A stretch of 63,019 nt of DNA, filler included, from Nemertoderma westbladi (lineage: Eukaryota > Animalia > Xenacoelomorpha), in NCBI GenBank assembly GCA_032718475.1. It is 3 parts of 3 records of this genome, joined end to end, with 100 filler letters (N's around TTAATTAATTAA, not from the genome) between each part and the next. Parts side by side here need not be neighbours in the genome. Positions count along the whole stretch, not along the records: positions 47,584 to 63,019 come from JAUCBJ010007502.1; 2 more parts are not named here. The stretch is one strand, 5' to 3'. Position 1 is the stretch's first letter, and each line of letters begins with the position of its first letter. Of this stretch, positions 58,310 to 63,019 are shown one piece after another. The notes under the pieces are model-generated. The model had not been told where the DNA came from. It searched no databases and was given only the letters and a program-made list of their open reading frames with translations. Both the position numbers and the translations under genes were made by a program.

Positions 58310-59422
58310 ATGGACCCGGAAAGGCCTACCTTACAGACGAACCGCACTCAAAGAAACCAATGGAAGAAGATTGTTTTGGGAGTATTAATCATTATACTTA
58401 TAGCAATAACCTGGAGCGGTATGACTCAACTAGCTAAATCTACAATCACACCAACATTCCAAGGCCCATACTACATGATGTGGTTCACCACTAACTGGGT
58501 GTGTCTCGCCTTTCCTCTCGTATGTCTCCCAACAATGTACCAAAGAAAGCAATCCTTCCAAATTGTATACAACCAGGCTGCGACCGTATTCTCTGCGAAA
58601 GGTTTAACCTTTCAGAGTTTTTTGTTTAAAGTCGGTTCCTTTTGCCTATTGTGGCAGACAGCGAACTACGCATACATGAAAGCGTTAGAAACCAAAGCAG
58701 CCGCTGATGTAACTGCTATATTCTCTGTAAATAATGTGTTTGTTTATATTTTATCTCTTGTATTAATAGGAGAATCGGTTTTAATCTTGAAGGTACTTTC
58801 CGTTTTATTCTCTATTGCGGGGGTCGTCTTGTTCGTCACAGAGGACGGTTTCTATGGACCGTCAGCCCCATCAGTCTGTCTAATTCTTCTGTCTGCGTTC
58901 ACTGCCGCTCTATATAAAGTTCTCTTCAAGAAGATAATTGGCGACGCTACCGTCCAACAAGTCGGTTTATTCCTCAGCCTTCTCGCTGTCTTCAACATCG
59001 TCATTACTTGGCCGTTGATGTTGACACTACGCGTCTCGGAAGCGGAGACTTGGTTATGGAACGATATGCCTTGGGTTATGCTATGCGGCGTTTCTCTTGT
59101 CGGCATAGCGTTCAACTTTCTACTTAACTTCGGGATCGTGTTTACGTATCCTCTCTTCATCTCCGTTGGTATGCTACTCGGTGTTCCTCTCAACGCTGTC
59201 GTTGACGCTATCTTCAGGGGCGTTTACTTCGGTAGTTTCCGAATCTGCGGTTCTCTCCTTATTATTCTTAGCTTCGTAATCCTACTCCTACCCGATTCCT
59301 GGCACCAACGCGTGTGCAAGAAGCTCGGTTGTTTACCTGTAATGAAACATTGTTTTTCTCCGGCGGAGGAATCACCCGTTGTGGTAAATGATATTAAAAT
59401 AGTAACGGAAACCGATGTATGA
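58310..59422 (+). CDS. SLC35F: SLC35F3/SLC35F4-like DMT/EamA transporter, intronless, 370 aa
   Basis: About 10 hydrophobic helices; W.G.TQL.K, PYYMMWFTTNW, ANYAY..AL, AALYKVLFK, FNFLLNFG..TYPLFISVG.LLGVPLNAVVD; ATG at 58310. Confidence 0.9.
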   Translation: MDPERPTLQTNRTQRNQWKKIVLGVLIIILIAITWSGMTQLAKSTITPTFQGPYYMMWFTTNWVCLAFPLVCLPTMYQRKQSFQIVYNQAATVFSAKGLTFQSFLFKVGSFCLLWQTANYAYMKALETKAAADVTAIFSVNNVFVYILSLVLIGESVLILKVLSVLFSIAGVVLFVTEDGFYGPSAPSVCLILLSAFTAALYKVLFKKIIGDATVQQVGLFLSLLAVFNIVITWPLMLTLRVSEAETWLWNDMPWVMLCGVSLVGIAFNFLLNFGIVFTYPLFISVGMLLGVPLNAVVDAIFRGVYFGSFRICGSLLIILSFVILLLPDSWHQRVCKKLGCLPVMKHCFSPAEESPVVVNDIKIVTETDV

Positions 59423-61739
59423 TTTGGTTCTGCCTAGGAAATAAAATTATTTATTAATCATATTTTATTTATTTGCTATTTAATGATTTTAGATTTACAA
59501 CATTTATACATATTTATTGTTTTGGCTGTATCTACTTATAGGACTTACTTACGTATCTTATACTTACTTTTACTTACTTACCTACCTACGTTAATTACTA
59601 ACGGACCGGACATTTCGCACCTTAAGGACAGTTTAAAAGTGGCATTTTTTTGAGTAACTTCGTGAACATCTCAGGTGGCCGATTAAGTTCTAACGTATAA
59701 ACAAAAAAGCAAAAAAAATAAGCAAAAAAAGTTGCCACGTTTAAAATCAAGTGGCTCAAAATATAGTTGCAACATGCCCAACAAGTAGCCACATATAAAC
59801 CGATATTAATGATTAATCCCATCTAATCTAAAGATTAAGGCTAAATTAATGTCTAATCTAACTTTAATCTAATCTAATACTGTATTTAATTACTCAAAAT
59901 GGAATACTAAATAAATATGCGGCGCTCTGGTTATCTTAATTAATTAGATGTATTATTATCAAATAACACATGTTGTTACTTAAAGTCACTGTGATTCTAT
60001 AAGAAAATATGGATATCCTACCCGGTGCAACCTTAAGGTAAGCAGAATTTGTTTAATATGATAATGGGAGGAGGAGAGAAGAGCAGACCTTTGGTTAATA
60101 CCCAATTAGTTAGTCCTACACAGGAAGATAACTTTGTTTATTGTTTTGTAACCACCCCCCCCCCCCCCCCCCCCACCCCCCCACCTCTCTCTCCCCCACC
60201 CCCTATAACACCCCTTTAGTACTGTCCAGCCCGATGTATCCAATAAGAATTGTGACTCAGGAAACAACCAATCAACCCCCCCCCCCCCCCCCCCTATAGT
60301 TTGTCGAAATGCTAACGATTCTTGGGGTTTGTTTACACTGCGGGGCGAGCAATCAATTCCGTGACCCTTATCATACTGTACAAGCCATATACCGGTATCC
60401 ATTGTCCGTTCCTTTGTCTGTCTGGCCGTTCTGTAGACTTCGGTCTTAAACAGTAAGTTCACAGACGGCGTGTCTGCGAAGTCTATGCACTGTGTGTCCA
60501 TGTGGTATGAAATGTCCGGGTAAGTTATGTCCATTGCCGCAGTTTCTATTTAATCTATTGTTTATTGGTGCAAGTAGTTTGTGTTGTAGTCACGTTTACG
60601 AAAGTATCCTTTATTATATTGTGGTAATATTATCTGTAGTATTAGTTTATTGATTTGGCTTCAGTTGCCTGAAACAAAATCAGGTACTTTTTATACTGGT
60701 ATATCATTATTAGTTTTTGTTATAATTTTAAACTCAGTTCATTTTATAACAATAATCATTATTTTGTATGCGACGGCTTATTGAACTGATCACGACAAGC
60801 GCTTTCTGAAAATTTTATGGGGAGTTTCCCGTTTGGAAGACTTCATTTGTCATTCTTTTTTAGGAAGAAATTGTAGCAAAGATGAAAATTATGTGTAACG
60901 AATTATTGTGAATAGATATACCGATGGAACTTCTTTTTTTATTTCTTATTCAATAAATGCAAAATGCGTTAATAATTTATATTGTATGATTACATCGGTT
61001 AATTATTGTTCTAGTTATAAACCATCACGTCTTGTAATATTGTTTGCCTACAGTATCAATTTTTTGATAAAATATATTAATGTATTGAATGTCAAGTGTA
61101 AACAGAAACATAGCTGCATAGATTATGCGTCGGCTTGGTTGCTAGGTCTAGTAGAGTATAATTAAGGTAGGCGACGCGCTGACTGTACGGACTGGTATAT
61201 TGTGTATGTGACTGGCGCTTAGATGTTGAAGTTCAAAAATTCGCCTAACTCCAAAATCAGCTGAATTCAACAACTCGGTACATTAATAGGAATTACTTCA
61301 TTAAATATGGAATGCATTAATTATTAGCCAATTAGGGGGCAGCAGAGAAAATAACTGCTACACAACACAGGTATGGAAAGATTTATATAATATGCTGGTA
61401 TTTCAGCTATTACACGTTCGTGGGGCCTTCGCGCAGGTCGAGGGTCAGTTATTAGATACAGATTAAAATTGAGCAATTCTATCCCAAAATCGGTACTTAA
61501 GAAATTTAAATAAATAATTAAGAAAATTTAACTTTTACTTTAAAAATTCGCATTTGCACTTTCGCATTGGCAGCTTGGCATCGATGTCATAGAACTCCTA
61601 GGTTAGGTCTGTAGACTGCCTGACTAATGATTTTCTGATACCGGTAATTATAATTATAATATATGTTTGATGATCGATCAACTCTGCAACTTCAGAACTT
61701 GCAACAACTGCTGTCTGAACTGCTGAACTGTCATCTACA

Positions 61740-63019
61740 ATGCCACCACAATCCCCAGATAACTCCTTTATTTTGAGTGACGATTCGCCCGAAATGAAAT
61801 GTGATTCCTGCGGTCGTTCCGACGAAATTTGTCAACTAATAGAGGGACAGCCTACATGTTCGGACTGCGTACAGCAGCTACTGCGCCTGGGACGACGCTC
61901 TCTATCGGAAAGGGTCTGTTTGGGGACTAATTCCCCCCCTTTGATCGGGTCTCAGCCTCAGGAGGCACAGGGTGGTCGACCTGGACGTGGAACAGTATCC
62001 ACAGCCACTCGAGTTTCGACTGCTTCTCGGAGAAACACTAGATCAGCAGTGGCATCACATATCAACGAACGTCCGCCACCGAAAAACGTCGGGAAAAAAT
62101 CGTCTATGTCAACGAAGACCACCGGTAAACAAAAAGCGGGTGCCGGCAACAAACCAACATCGAAAACTGGGTCCAGTTTCAGTAGGCCTAGTGATATCTC
62201 ACCAATGGGGCCCCCTTTGGGACGATCATCCGGCTCCACAAATAATTCTAGCGTAAATGTTTGGGCACCAAAGTCTTCCACTCCCACTGCTAACAACTGT
62301 ACAGCTAATACGGTTCCAACCGGGTGTAAGATTTGCTCGCGCGATGCTTCCTCCTTTAACAGCCGCTGGATTGGTTGTGTGGGGTGCGAGTATTGGGTTT
62401 GCTACGAATGCGCCTTCGATGCCCTACCCTCCCGCCAGGTCAATGGTGCAGAATGCTTCTACGACCGAGCTAACTCCGGACACGACGAATATTCGCCATG
62501 GGTTTACCTGTGTCGCGACTGTCACAAATGCATTACTCGCAGTCGCAGCGATAAACCGAAGAGTTCCGGAATCACTCTTGAGGATCGTGTTGAACAGTTA
62601 AGTAATCTAGTCGCATCTCAATCGGACCTTATAAGAACTGTGACTGCAGATCTGAAAACAAGGGAGGACTCCCTAGGTTGCGAGTCTAATGCTCCACGGG
62701 GTGTTCACAATAGTAACCCTGCACGTCTAGCACAGGTTGTTGAATCCTCCATTAAGGATGTACTTCGCAATGAGCAAATTCGCAAAGAAGTTATTGTCGC
62801 TCGCCTACCGGAGTCCAACGGCCCAAGTGCAGACAGAGCAGCTGTAACAAAATTATGTGAAGAATTTTCGGTTGACCCGCTTTCCGTTGGTGATATATCA
62901 AGGTTGGGACGTCACTGTGAAGGTCGCGATCGTCTCCTGAAGGTTTCCTTCTCTTCCGACTTAGAGGCCCGAAACCTGCGAGTGAACCACAACTTGAACC
63001 GCTCCAACGAGAACGTCTC
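61740..63019 (+). mobile_element. LINE ORF1 (CR1/L2-group type) with PHD-like finger, running off the window end
   Basis: Open frame from ATG 61740, absent from the track because it has no stop: CKIC...WIGCVGCEYWVCYEC...YLCRDC, a coiled coil, RKEVIVARLPES, RLGR...RLLKVSF. Confidence 0.8.

Noticed and set aside
60106-60534. 142-aa minus-strand ORF
   Set aside because: It runs through poly-G tracts and has no recognisable domain. The 5' part could be an exon, but I cannot support that.

Overview
AT-rich animal (invertebrate-like) genomic DNA, not prokaryotic. It is three contigs joined by artificial N44-TTAATTAATTAA-N44 linkers (19547-19646, 47484-47583), so adjacency across those joins is unproven. 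Host genes I could read by hand: an intronless UDP-glucuronosyltransferase plus a partial duplicate; eight frame-consistent exons of a myosin-XVIII-like coiled-coil tail (-); seven exons of a NEK11-like kinase whose N-lobe exons I could not find (+); a MARCH RING-CH E3 ligase exon (-); a complete 3-exon LRMDA-like LRR gene (-) with about 20 kb of introns; a FOXRED2-like exon fused in frame to a BEL/Pao protease (-); and an intronless SLC35F3/F4-like transporter (+). Much of the rest is repetitive: RTE-clade LINE copies, a full-length RTEX-like LINE with TSD and a YAND RT motif plus a partial copy, a CRE-like fragment with TSD, BEL/Pao, Crypton-like and CR1/L2-type ORF1 fragments, and satellites of 14-68 bp units. 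The giant PPPHHGRQ ORFs are translations of a 32-bp satellite. The most unusual observations are: a 62-bp array that multiplies a splice donor and an in-frame 33-nt candidate microexon in the myosin gene; an unclassified element with an orphan ORF and a duplicated pseudoknot-like leader; the protease-FOXRED2 fusion; and pervasive TA-NNNN-TA palindromes resembling transposon footprints. All family assignments come from recalled motifs, not database searches.
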